64,000 nucleotides of DNA. Origin: Marinicella sp. (GTDB lineage: Bacteria > Pseudomonadota > Gammaproteobacteria > Xanthomonadales > Marinicellaceae). The position numbers and the translations under genes are program-made. The DNA lies in NCBI GenBank assembly GCA_965230295.1, contig OZ246001.1, positions 2,048,001 through 2,112,000 of the forward strand, written 5' to 3'. The notes beneath the pieces were generated by a model. It was not told where the DNA came from. It saw only the letters and a list, made by a program, of their open reading frames with translations, and made no database searches. This document shows, one piece after another, positions 28,501 to 37,599 of the stretch (position 1 is its first letter; each line of letters opens with the position of its first letter).

Positions 28501-29094
28501 AATGGAATGGATGCGATGGTTGCTGTTGATTGCACCACCAATCAATATGCCATTGGCATCAATTTATCGGGATTGGCAGCAACCAATTCTGTCAGTTTCA
28601 CCAATGGAGATGACACCCTGATGATGTTTGCAGATGGGTTGTCGGTGCTTTCGACCTTGGATGACGGGTCACTCTATGATGTAAACATCGCCACTCAACC
28701 ACAATCGCCCAATCAAACCTGTTCATTTCTATCAGCCAATTCTGGCACTTTGGCAGGGCTGGGAGTGCAAATAGAAGTGAGTTGTATCACCAACAGTTAT
28801 TTCATTGGAGGAATTGTTGATGGTTTGCTTTCTGGTAATTATTTGGTGTTGCAAAACAATGGTGGTGATGACAAAGTCATCACTGTAGACGGCCCGTACA
28901 TTTTTGATAGCCCCTTGCTTGATGAGCAAACCTACAGTGTCACGATTGATCTGCAACCGAACAATCCGATTCAACCGTGTTTTGTCCAAAACGGGCAATC
29001 AACTCTGGCAGGTGCCGACGTGACCAATGTCAACATAGAATGTTTGTTTGGCGATGATTTGATTTTTCGCGACTCCTTTGGGAACTTCGATTAA
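25543..29094 (+). CDS. Secreted FG-GAP repeat protein
   Basis: 14 FG..V.L.GDRALVGA repeats, then four Cys-containing repeats; ends DDLIFRDSFGNFD. Confidence 0.88.
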   Translation: MSYFFHYLRQHLMLIGLVLSTTASSSKQFSQMNHAPINEAPHAVSENSWKVLNQTIHDMKLLPSPAGIGSEDAGFFGESVAVEGDRALIGAPGVLGHGVVFVFDWIGDSWVKTDVLEPVDGEDGDQFGGSVSLSGGRVLVGAYQDDDFGNASGAAYVFEFNQGVWTQTNKLLPQDPAANDHFGRAVSLFADRALIGSSQDDDNNTSSGSVYVFDLVNGQWSETFKIKPDDGAFGDVFGYSVSLSTDRALIGAYGDDDEFNLSGSAYIFDYFNGQWSQTQKLTAADSQTWANFGYAVSLDGDRALVGAYNDDSGFIDSGSAYVFELAAGVWGQTEKLTASDQAESDRFGRTVMLSGDRALIGSRDDDDNGLNSGSAYLFELNGGVWSETIKLTPNDGALSDWFGAAVGLSGDRVIIGANGDNDFFPQSGSAYYFALNEGTWSQQQKLTAGEGAAADQFGFSVSISGNRALVGAIYDKDNGNNSGSAYIFEYNDSDWIQTAKLLAADGEPFDVFGYSVSLSGDRALVGAFGEDDQAAQSGAAYIFELDSGVWSQTAKLKADNASADDFFGYSVSLSGSRALVGAYLADGKGITDSGAAYMYDLVGGIWIQTTELNTDDAEVNDRLGVAVSLDGDRALVGAFLEDDNGNNAGSAYVFDNNMGTWNQTQKLLANDGSGFDHFGRAVSLSGNRALVGAYLDDENGTNSGSAYVFDFDVGSWSQSSKLMASDGVLGDEFGRAVSLEGDRALVGAYLDDDQGIESGSAYVFELSDGSWSQLNKLTAADGQANDQYGFSVSLEGDAALIGAFLTDDHGLDSGSAYVVDVVPKYTVSVDVSGLASGNSVAFRNNGVDPLLVSTNGLTTFVTPIRDGNAYDVTVHPPQPSNPNQICVVTDPMGSIESADVVLDVVCTTLTYFIGVTVTGLDDNNTIELTTNMQSLVFNTNTMMNFPLPLDDGTDYSVLLTAQPVDPNQTCVVTGGNSGSNDGSGALNGMDAMVAVDCTTNQYAIGINLSGLAATNSVSFTNGDDTLMMFADGLSVLSTLDDGSLYDVNIATQPQSPNQTCSFLSANSGTLAGLGVQIEVSCITNSYFIGGIVDGLLSGNYLVLQNNGGDDKVITVDGPYIFDSPLLDEQTYSVTIDLQPNNPIQPCFVQNGQSTLAGADVTNVNIECLFGDDLIFRDSFGNFD

Positions 29095-29167
29095 CAATGG
29101 GTTATGAATGATAAAAAACCGATAACAGTGTCTTCAACCCATATTATGAGGCATAATTTGTGGTCAA

Positions 29168-29620
29168 ATGAAGAAACTGGAAGTCATATTATTGTGCCTA
29201 TTGATCACCGGATGCAGTCATTCAGTGGGGGCCAATCACCCCGCGGTGATTTTAGATGCCTTGTATGAACAGCATGAGCAATGGCGGGGCACGCCTTATC
29301 ATTTAGGTGGTTATGGTAAAGAGGGCATCGATTGTTCCGGTTTTGTGGCCTTGACATTCAACGAATTGTTCGAAGTTCGCCTGCCACGATCCACACGAAA
29401 GCAAGCCCAAATTGAAGCTGAAATACCCAAGGTGATGATAGAGACAGGGGATTTGGTGTTTTTTAAAATTCCGAATCAAGGTGACATTTATCATGCCGGC
29501 ATCTACCTCAATGAAGGTAATTTTTTACATGCCTCTACTTCAAAAGGTGTGATGATTTCAAATCTACAAGCCCAATATTGGTCTGATAACTACTGGAAGG
29601 CTGTTCGGGTTTTGCCTTAA
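29168..29620 (+). CDS. NlpC/P60 family lipoprotein
   Basis: Lipobox ITGC; GIDCSGF, HAGIY, FLHAS. Confidence 0.92.
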   Translation: MKKLEVILLCLLITGCSHSVGANHPAVILDALYEQHEQWRGTPYHLGGYGKEGIDCSGFVALTFNELFEVRLPRSTRKQAQIEAEIPKVMIETGDLVFFKIPNQGDIYHAGIYLNEGNFLHASTSKGVMISNLQAQYWSDNYWKAVRVLP

Positions 29621-29668
29621 CTGGAGCGTGGACTTCAGACCATGTTAAAGTTTCAGTAAGGTATACAA

Positions 29669-29725
29669 GTTCACTTCGACTCCGCTCAGTGAACGCCAGG
29701 ACACGCTGGCTGAGCGGTCGAAGCC
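29669..29725. repeat. REP-like CTTCGACTCCGCTCAG / CTGAGCGGTCGAAG pair
   Basis: Related copies at 46646-46729 and 47867-47980. Confidence 0.7.
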
Positions 29726-29744
29726 CTGTTTGAAAAAAATAACA

Positions 29745-29945
29745 TGGAAAGTGGGGTTCTGATCACATTGAATTTTGAAAATGCGAAACAAGGCCAAGAA
29801 CATTCGTCCAACTTGTTCTGGTTGGCGTAGCCTAGCGAAGCCAGAAGAGCAAGTCAATTAAACCTATCTATGTTCGAAGTGGCCGCTTTCACATTTGATT
29901 TTTGAAAATGTGAAACAAGGCCCAAGAACATTCTTATGTAGGCCA
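29745..29945. repeat. Two partial copies of the end module of the modular repeat
   Basis: TCACATT..ATTTTGAAAATG.GAAACAAGGCC(C)AAGAACATTC occurs twice; reverse-complement similar to 4010-4075. Confidence 0.6.
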
Positions 29946-30036
29946 TTAGTCAGTATTTCACCCCAAAAATCAGCAAAAAATGAACCAATCGAACCTTTGT
30001 GATTCTATACATAGATCAATAAATTGAGGTAACAGC

Positions 30037-30822
30037 ATGAGCGATTTTCACTGGGATTATGAAGTATTCTTGTTTTTGGCCACCATCCTGACTTTGGCCG
30101 CATGGTTGTTCAGTAAATTCAAAAAAACCAAGGCCAACCAATCCAATAAATGGCTACAATTCTCTGCGGCTGCGGGAAGCTTCTTCCCCATTTTGTTTTT
30201 GGTGCTCTCGGTTCGATCATTTGCTTTCGAACCATTTCGAATTCCTTCATCTTCAATGATGCCTACATTATTGACCGGTGATTTCATCTATGTCGATAAA
30301 ACCGCCTACGGCATCAAAATGCCCATACTTCACAACACTTTGATCGAAACGGGCCATCCTGAACACGGTGATGTGTTTGTTTTTCGATCGGTAGAGGATC
30401 CTTCTGTTGATGTGATTAAACGAGTGATTGGCGTACCTGGTGATCACATTAAATATGACGAATCCAGCAAGCAAGTGTATGTGAATGGTGAATTGTTGGA
30501 AACCTTTAGTACTGGATTTTACCGTGGGTTCCATGATGACATTCCAGCTACGGGTTTGCGCCAAAACGACGCCAAAACAGGTGTGGTGTCACACACGATC
30601 TTACAGTCAGACTTGGTGCAGCGACATTATCAATACACCGACTTGGTGGTGCCTGATGGGCATTATTTTGGTATGGGCGATAACCGTGACTTCAGCAAAG
30701 ACAGTCGGGTGTTTGGTTTGATTCCAGAAAAAAACATTGTTGGTAAAGCAGAATTTATTTGGATGCACTGGCGACCTGATGCTTTTGGGGAAGGCTTAAA
30801 ACGCATCGGTGATCAGCTTTAA
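30037..30822 (+). CDS. lepB: Signal peptidase I
   Basis: EPFRIPSSSMMPTL, IKRVIGVPGD, GDNRDFSKDSR. Confidence 0.92.
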   Translation: MSDFHWDYEVFLFLATILTLAAWLFSKFKKTKANQSNKWLQFSAAAGSFFPILFLVLSVRSFAFEPFRIPSSSMMPTLLTGDFIYVDKTAYGIKMPILHNTLIETGHPEHGDVFVFRSVEDPSVDVIKRVIGVPGDHIKYDESSKQVYVNGELLETFSTGFYRGFHDDIPATGLRQNDAKTGVVSHTILQSDLVQRHYQYTDLVVPDGHYFGMGDNRDFSKDSRVFGLIPEKNIVGKAEFIWMHWRPDAFGEGLKRIGDQL

Positions 30823-31069
30823 GGTTTGTCAGTGAACAAAATCACACCGCTGGCAAGTTGTTCTTTGCGGGTAACTGTCATGTACAAATCATCAGCGACC
30901 ACCTAAAGGCCCACCACCCATGATGACAAAAGTTTTACCACCAGCCCATACCAGCCAGCTTTGCCATAGGTTTTAGGTTGTGCCAAACAAGTGGCTACCA
31001 AAGCACCATCGTAGCAAGGCTGGTAGTCCTCGCAGACTTTTTAAATGTACTTTACCCCATGATTGGTCC

Positions 31070-31167
31070 ATATAACGCCATTATCAGTTGCGTTTCTGTT
31101 GTAGTGGAGATTTTGGGTAAAGTGGCGTAACCACCCCAAAATGGAGCGAAGACCAAAGTTGTTAGAA
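31070..31167 (-). other. attC-like recombination site
   Basis: Minus strand starts TTCTAAC overlapping the gene's TAA stop, has an internal TTTTGGG../..CCCAAAA stem and ends GGCGTTATAT. Confidence 0.6.
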
Positions 31168-31575
31168 ATTTTCTTCAAAGACAGCGATACCATTCTCGAT
31201 ATTCCACCCATAGTAGCCTATTTCTTCGCTGATATAATTAACAGCTTCAATGGTGGCCTTTGTTATTTCAACAGAATTTCCGTTGATTAAAGTGTAATTT
31301 TCGATAGTAACCACTGCCCATTTTACGCCAGGACATTTGGAACACGTCCAAGACTCTATCAACGAAAATGAACCACCTTTCTTCGAAGGAGTTATCTCAA
31401 TATAACCACAGCTACATACTGGGGTGTCGATATCCAATTCCATGCCAACTTTCAATTCCTCAAGTGACATGTCTGTTCTGATTTTTGTTTGCATATCGGT
31501 CAAACTGGAAGCCTTATGGACTGTACCACAATCCAAACAGGTCAACTCAATAGCAAACCAATCAAACATTCCCAT
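31162..31575 (-). CDS. Hypothetical Cys-motif protein (cassette-like)
   Basis: MGMFDW...CLDC...CSKC; stop overlaps the attC-like site. Confidence 0.6.
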   Translation of the reverse strand: MGMFDWFAIELTCLDCGTVHKASSLTDMQTKIRTDMSLEELKVGMELDIDTPVCSCGYIEITPSKKGGSFSLIESWTCSKCPGVKWAVVTIENYTLINGNSVEITKATIEAVNYISEEIGYYGWNIENGIAVFEENF

Positions 31576-32138
31576 TTTTAATCCCAGTGAATTACCAACG
31601 CCTTTGTAATAGACATTTTTTGCCAAAATAGAATAAATAATAGTTCCCTGGCTTTTTCATTATTTTGTCAATACAGTTCATGGCTACTTGGTAGAGCTAA
31701 CAAATTATTATTTGCGTATTTGTATACATCATGAATAAGTGATTTTAGCATAAGTGATTGATTACTGGTTAAGCAGGACAGCACTGTTTCGCGTCAGCAC
31801 CATGTGGACCATTTAGGGTAAATTGCAAAGAGGTGATTTCGGTTCATTGCAAATTCTAATAACAGGAGCAACAAGACAGATAAGCAAAGAACCATTGCCT
31901 TGAGACCACAATTACATCAGGATAACTTGAAACAAATGAACCAAAGCATCTCATCAATTAAATGGCCTTTGGTTCCAATTGTTTTGATGACGTACATTTT
32001 AAATAAATAGACCCATCAATAATTCTTTTGATGGTGATGTTGTGACACGAATATACCCTTTTTGAAATTCATCTGTTTTTTTGGGAAAAGTCATAATTGT
32101 TCAACAAGTTTTTGAGTATGTGATCTCGTAAATACAAC

Positions 32139-32963
32139 ATGATAAATATTTATGGAATAATTAAGGTCATGAATAAATATACAAAGTCTTTGGACAGGGC
32201 CATAAGAGCAGGTAATGTGACAAGTGTTGTTTCCCTATTGGAAGGAGCAAATGCCCCATATGCCCCTGATCGTGACTATGATTTGACACCACTGGCATAT
32301 GCAGCCCGCAATGGTAATGAACTCATTGTGTCAAAACTCATTGATTTAGGGTTTGATTTTAACCAAGCTGATGAATTTGATGGCACTCCACTTTTTTCGG
32401 CTGTGAGGGGAAAGAGTTTGGCTGTTTGCAAGATTTTATTGGATGCCGGTGCAGATGTAAATTTTGCCACCAGTCCAGATGGGCAAGAAGACCCTCATAC
32501 ACCGTTGTCATTGGCAGCCAAAATAAATGCCATTGATTTAGTGAAGTTATTACATATGAGAGGGGCCAAAGCAAATTGGATCCATGACCAAGATCTTGGG
32601 CCCTCTGTTTTGACTTACGCGAGAAAACCCGAAGTAGTGAAATACCTTTTAGAAGCTGGAGCCAACCCAGATACCCCAAATTGGCGCCCAGCGATCATAG
32701 GTGCAGCCTATGATGGTTTGTGGAATCTTGTTGAGCTAATGATTGAATACCGAGCTAACCCAAATATCAAATGTCCAGAACTCGGCTATTCATTGCTCGC
32801 ATTGTCAATTGAAAATGCACCTCAAAAAGTGATTAAGAAGCTGATTGAGGCTGGAGCACGTTTTAACACAACGGAAGATCTCACAGGCATCGAGTTATCT
32901 GATAAAACGTTGAAAATATTGAAAAGTCATGGCATTCAGCATACTGCTTTTAGTCAATACTGA
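32139..32963 (+). CDS. Ankyrin repeat protein
   Basis: TPLAYAA, TPLFSAV, TPLSLAA, LLEAGANP repeats. Confidence 0.88.
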   Translation: MINIYGIIKVMNKYTKSLDRAIRAGNVTSVVSLLEGANAPYAPDRDYDLTPLAYAARNGNELIVSKLIDLGFDFNQADEFDGTPLFSAVRGKSLAVCKILLDAGADVNFATSPDGQEDPHTPLSLAAKINAIDLVKLLHMRGAKANWIHDQDLGPSVLTYARKPEVVKYLLEAGANPDTPNWRPAIIGAAYDGLWNLVELMIEYRANPNIKCPELGYSLLALSIENAPQKVIKKLIEAGARFNTTEDLTGIELSDKTLKILKSHGIQHTAFSQY

Positions 32964-33273
32964 TTGAGCTAAATCATCAAGAGGTCGTTTAAGTTCAAGG
33001 TTCGGATCAAACAAGTTGGTTTGCATGGTATTTTACAGAGTGGAAGCATGTGGTAGTCGAATACTGAAAGTGGGAATAGAAAAAACACTTGGATACAAGG
33101 ATCTTAAGTTGAGAGGTGAGGGCGTTTGTCGGATAATGTTTCTGCTCCTTATCAAACTATACTGAGAGTAAAGTCAGATAAAGGGTATTTGTTTATTCAA
33201 TATGTGCCAGATAAAAGCTAACGAAACCATGCATAGAATGTCATGTAAGTAGAAAATCATTTTTACTGAAATT

Positions 33274-33549
33274 ATGAATATAAAGATCATTGACCTAGAT
33301 ACAGATCAGGGAAACCAAATTATCGATGAATTAAAAAGTCGGGGATGGAAGCAAACAAAGCAATATTTTCCTTTAGCAATTGATAAAGGTGTTGATTTTG
33401 ACAGCTACACCTTAAAAAAGGATGGCCAAGAACTTATTTTCGAATGGAGTAATTGGTTTGAGTGGGAGGTTAAGGGTTCTCTAGATGTGTTAAAAAGACT
33501 GGCTTTAGAGTATTCTTTAAAATTGGAAAATGAATCAACTGATACATAA
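33274..33549 (+). CDS. Hypothetical protein (cassette-like)
   Basis: 91-aa AT-rich ORF whose stop lies in CATAAC followed by an inverted repeat. Confidence 0.6.
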   Translation: MNIKIIDLDTDQGNQIIDELKSRGWKQTKQYFPLAIDKGVDFDSYTLKKDGQELIFEWSNWFEWEVKGSLDVLKRLALEYSLKLENESTDT

Positions 33550-33602
33550 CCAGGGAGCCTATACGATCCCAATGCTATTCACACTATATGTTCTGGTTAT
33601 TG
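33544..33602 (+). other. Degenerate attC-like site
   Basis: ACATAACCAG...CTGGTTAT inverted ends; upstream boundary GTCATGTA (33240) is one mismatch from the complement of TACATAAC. Confidence 0.45.
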
Positions 33603-33723
33603 TGTCCAAGAAGGCTCATCTGCATCTCTTAAATTAAACGACCATTGGATCAAATGGTTTTGACGACATACTACTGGTTCTGTTAATGTTAATTCTGAGT
33701 TTGATAAAGTTTTGGATTTGAAA

Positions 33724-34818
33724 ATGAAGACCTGTGCACTTTTTTTGTTATTGATTCAATCTTCCGTTTTGTGCGCAAAAGACGCGGTTACGCAGCCTTT
33801 GGATGCCCCAAAGTTGATAGCTGCGGTAGACGTGTTGTTGGCTGAGGCTGCTGAAAATGGTTTTTCGGGAGCAGTGACCATTGCTCATCAAAACCGCATT
33901 ATTTATGACCAAGTGATTGGTTTCAGTGATCGCAAAAATGAAGAGCCCATACATTCGGAAACCCTGTTTCATGTGGCTTCAATCACCAAGTATTTAACGG
34001 CTTTATTGATACTGGTGTCAGAAGATAAAAAGCTGGTTGCAATGGATGACGACATCAGTCAGTATTTAAAAATAGATGCCCTGAAGAACAGGAACATTAC
34101 CATCAGGGATTTATTGATGCATGAATCAGGAATCACATCGAACTACACAACTGAACGTTCATACAGCAGTCAAAAGGCACTTGCGCGGATGAATAAAAAG
34201 CTGAAATTCAGTGAACAAAAACCATTCAAATACACCAATGACAACTATGAGCTGTTGGCTCTGATGCTTGAGCACATACACCAGGACAACTATGAAAATA
34301 TTGCCCGAAACCTCATACTGAAGCCATTGAATTTAATCAAGACGAACTTCTGGGGTTCTGTCGACATGAATGACAGTAGAATCTTAAGCCAACCATTAGA
34401 AAAAGTTTCGGCCCGGTTGTTAAAAAAGAACTATGGCATGTTAGGTTCCTCTGGCTTATTAACCAACTCGCACGATCTGGTTAAACTTCAACTTGCTGTA
34501 TTGAATGGTGAACTCAAGTGTGGCCAGAGCAGTTGTTGGGATCAGATCATTTCGAACACCCAAACAGAATCTTTTGCGGACATTGCCTATGGTTCATTTT
34601 TCTATACACGCCCAAAGCTGCACCGGTACTTTTCAGCCAGGGGCTACGAGAGCTGGGGAGACAATGCCATTTTGAACCATTATCCGGCATTTGATTTGGT
34701 GTTGTCAGTGGTAACCAGTAAGGGCCCTTTGGAGTCTTCGGGTGAGGCCCCGTTTCGCAGTCAAATTTCTGGAAAAATCGAAACAGCCATACATCAAAAT
34801 CATTCTTCAAATCACTGA
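33724..34818 (+). CDS. Serine hydrolase (beta-lactamase/AmpC-like fold)
   Basis: Signal peptide; ASITK, LLMHESG, YTN. Confidence 0.85.
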   Translation: MKTCALFLLLIQSSVLCAKDAVTQPLDAPKLIAAVDVLLAEAAENGFSGAVTIAHQNRIIYDQVIGFSDRKNEEPIHSETLFHVASITKYLTALLILVSEDKKLVAMDDDISQYLKIDALKNRNITIRDLLMHESGITSNYTTERSYSSQKALARMNKKLKFSEQKPFKYTNDNYELLALMLEHIHQDNYENIARNLILKPLNLIKTNFWGSVDMNDSRILSQPLEKVSARLLKKNYGMLGSSGLLTNSHDLVKLQLAVLNGELKCGQSSCWDQIISNTQTESFADIAYGSFFYTRPKLHRYFSARGYESWGDNAILNHYPAFDLVLSVVTSKGPLESSGEAPFRSQISGKIETAIHQNHSSNH

Positions 34819-35112
34819 TAGACACAGCAATTGGATAGGATGTTGGGTGGTCTGAGAATACCTGTTGTTTGAATGAGAAAGGTACCGTGCCAATCCAGTG
34901 ACCATTCGCCTTACAACTGTCACCGACTGGAAATTCGTGCAATGGCATTCGCAGATTGAGCCGATCACCAGTTCTTCATTGAAGTTCATGACACTTCTAC
35001 TATAATAAATATTTTAATCGGTATTGGCATTTGGCTTCATCGATGTCAGTTGGTGCTTGAATGATGATCTGTTATGCCCAGGCCTAAACCTAAACACATC
35101 AGGAGAATCCAA

Positions 35113-35412
35113 ATGAACTTTTTTGTAATGACTGTAGTTACTTGTAGAGACCAGGAGATACAGTCTCAAGTCATTCAGTCTGGTAAAGATCTGATAAAGG
35201 CGGTCAGCCATTTCCCAGGTATCGTGGGCATTGAATATTATCATGTGAAGGAAGAAAGCAAGACTGTCATGATATGGGAATGTGTTTCTGAAGAGAAATA
35301 TCAAAAATGTGTTCAATCAGATGCCTTCTCATCGGTCATGAAACAAAATGATTTTTTAATGGATGCAGAAAAAGTCTCCTTTTCCCAATCTAAATTAACT
35401 CAATTACTGTGA
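35113..35412 (+). CDS. Small ABM/dimeric alpha-beta barrel-like hypothetical protein
   Basis: AGGAG SD upstream; FPG...WE..E pattern. Confidence 0.5.
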   Translation: MNFFVMTVVTCRDQEIQSQVIQSGKDLIKAVSHFPGIVGIEYYHVKEESKTVMIWECVSEEKYQKCVQSDAFSSVMKQNDFLMDAEKVSFSQSKLTQLL

Positions 35413-35556
35413 TGTACGCTTTTGTGCCCATCAATTTTTTCATAGCAAACGCGAATAAAATAGCCTGCTGATAACGCCTATTAAGTTTCGGGAGTATTAA
35501 CCAGGCATCTCATGAGATAATTGATGGTAGGTACAAAAAACGATTAACCGAGAAGA

Positions 35557-37005
35557 TTGATGGCAATGATGGTCAGACTGAATCAGTGGCTGGTTGATAC
35601 TCAAACCGGATCCATATCTTTAGAAGGAAGCGCTTCTGATGCGGTGTACTTAGACCACACCCCTTTGAAATTGTTGCTTTGTCTGATCCGGCACCAAGGC
35701 ACAGATGTTTCAAAAGAGACCATGCTGAATGAAGTTTGGTCGAATAAAGTCGTCACAGAAGAGGTTTTGTCAGTTGCCATCAGTCAAATCAGAAAAAAAT
35801 TAGGTGACGATGCCCGTAAGCCTGAAATCATCAAAACAATTCCAGGGCATGGCTATCGCTTGATAGCAAAAGTTGAAGCATACGATGAAAGATCTGATGA
35901 CCAACAAAATAAGCATGCTGATGCGAACCTGTTCACCGGCAAAAAAGTCTTTTATGGACTGATGGTGCTGACCTTTCTGATTATTGGGTATTGGTTCGTT
36001 AAGTATCAAGTTAAAGGCGATGATGTTCTGACCAAAAGCATACCAAAGGAAATCAGTAGCCAGTATCAAAAAGGTCGGTACTTAATGACGCTTAATGGCA
36101 CAGAGCACTGGTTACAAGCTGAGCAAATATTCAAGAACACCATCATAAACTTTCCCGAATATGCGCCAGCATATGAGGATTTAGCCAGAGCACAATTCAA
36201 CATGGCCATATACGGCAACCAGAAAAAGCCATCAAGTGCGAATGAGTTGAATCATTTGTTGAAAAAAGCCATGCAATTGGCACCTGGCCAAGCTTCGACC
36301 TACCTGTTGTTGGCCAAAGTTTCGTTCATGTTGGAGTGGGATTTTAAACAAGCCCATGAATACTATAAAAAATCCATACAAATAGATCCCGAAAGTGCGT
36401 CAGCACATTTCAATTACGCCCAATTTTTGTTGGCTGCAGAAGCATATGAGTTGGCGTTGTTACATACTGAAAGGTATATCGATTTAAAACCTGAGGGTTA
36501 TGCGACTTCTGCGGTTGCCTGGATCTATAACATGATGGGAGATTATGAGTCGGCGTTGGAAGAACTTAATAACCTCAAGCAATACCAGTCAAATTCACTT
36601 GAATATCACATATCTGCCCAGGCGATTCTGGAAAACATCGGCGATGAAGCGGCTTCTTTTGCGGAACTCAAAGCCATTTTCAAGTTAAAGAACTATTCTG
36701 ATTTGGAATTAAAAGCTGCTGATGAAGCCTTCGGGGCCAATGGTCTTTCAGGTGTGTATCAGTGGTTGCTCGAAGTTAAACAAGAAAAAGGAAACATCGG
36801 TCAATATTTACCACCGCTGTCACTGGCTCGGTATGCAACAAAAGCCGGTAAAGATGATTTGGCGAGCCAATACATCATTCAGGCGGCACAAGAGAAACAG
36901 TTTGAATTACTGTGGTTTAATGCCGATCCAAAGTATCAAAAACTCAGGGAAAGGGCGGAACTACAAAACATCATCGTCAATCATATGGAACAGATGAATC
37001 GATAA
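35557..37005 (+). CDS. ToxR/CadC-like membrane-anchored regulator (wHTH-TM-TPR)
   Basis: ISQIRKKLGD, IKTIPGHGYRL, one TM helix, TPR-like repeats. Confidence 0.85.
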   Translation: MMAMMVRLNQWLVDTQTGSISLEGSASDAVYLDHTPLKLLLCLIRHQGTDVSKETMLNEVWSNKVVTEEVLSVAISQIRKKLGDDARKPEIIKTIPGHGYRLIAKVEAYDERSDDQQNKHADANLFTGKKVFYGLMVLTFLIIGYWFVKYQVKGDDVLTKSIPKEISSQYQKGRYLMTLNGTEHWLQAEQIFKNTIINFPEYAPAYEDLARAQFNMAIYGNQKKPSSANELNHLLKKAMQLAPGQASTYLLLAKVSFMLEWDFKQAHEYYKKSIQIDPESASAHFNYAQFLLAAEAYELALLHTERYIDLKPEGYATSAVAWIYNMMGDYESALEELNNLKQYQSNSLEYHISAQAILENIGDEAASFAELKAIFKLKNYSDLELKAADEAFGANGLSGVYQWLLEVKQEKGNIGQYLPPLSLARYATKAGKDDLASQYIIQAAQEKQFELLWFNADPKYQKLRERAELQNIIVNHMEQMNR

Positions 37006-37099
37006 ACAAAAGGAATGTTCTTGAGGCTTCATTCTGGTTCATGGTCTGACAGGTCTTCATATTTGCTGCGCAAATAAACCGACCTTTACAAACTATTGT

Positions 37100-37480
37100 T
37101 TGAGCAGTTGCTTCGCACTGCATGTCTGTTCCAGACAAAAGTGAAAGCGACTGCTTACATGGATGTAAGTATGCAGCGATAGCAGGCAGGAATTGTTCCC
37201 AACAATTCTCTGCATTCACCCCGTCCTGGGGATCGATGCGGTAGCTGCCGAGGCGAACATGACTTGCTACCTCGCGCTCTTCGCCTCTGATTGGCCTACA
37301 TGGATGTAGGTCTGCCGCGATAGCTAGGAGCGATAGCGGCCGCAACATCAATAGCTCGCGGCTAATCGCTCATTGCATAAAGGTTCCTTTGCTTCGCAAA
37401 ACCACCTTTATTCCACTCACTGCCTAACCGGCTCGGTGGGTCAAGCTGCTCAGCAGCTTTCCCGGGTACACCTTTCGGTG
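37100..37480. repeat. Modular palindromic intergenic repeat, copy 2
   Basis: 61-bp identity to 4135-4195; two TACATGGATGTA hairpins; its 3' part recurs at about 50370-50400. Confidence 0.8.
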
Positions 37481-37599
37481 TTCAAGTCGGTGTCATTTTG
37501 TAAGTATTTGTAACTATTAATGTCCTATTCAGGATATTTCACAGCAAAAGATATAGCCTACACAGATTAAAACCTATTGAATTATCGGAGCTTTAACTC

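Noticed and set aside
31710-32130. AT-rich gap upstream of the ankyrin gene as a mobile-element end
   Set aside because: No terminal repeats or recognisable coding remnant
33724-34818. Calling this gene or 42873-44537 a beta-lactamase
   Set aside because: SxxK/YxN motifs are shared with esterases and peptidases; substrate cannot be assigned
36977-37351. 124-aa minus-strand ORF
   Set aside because: Lies mostly within the palindromic repeat and has no recognisable protein features
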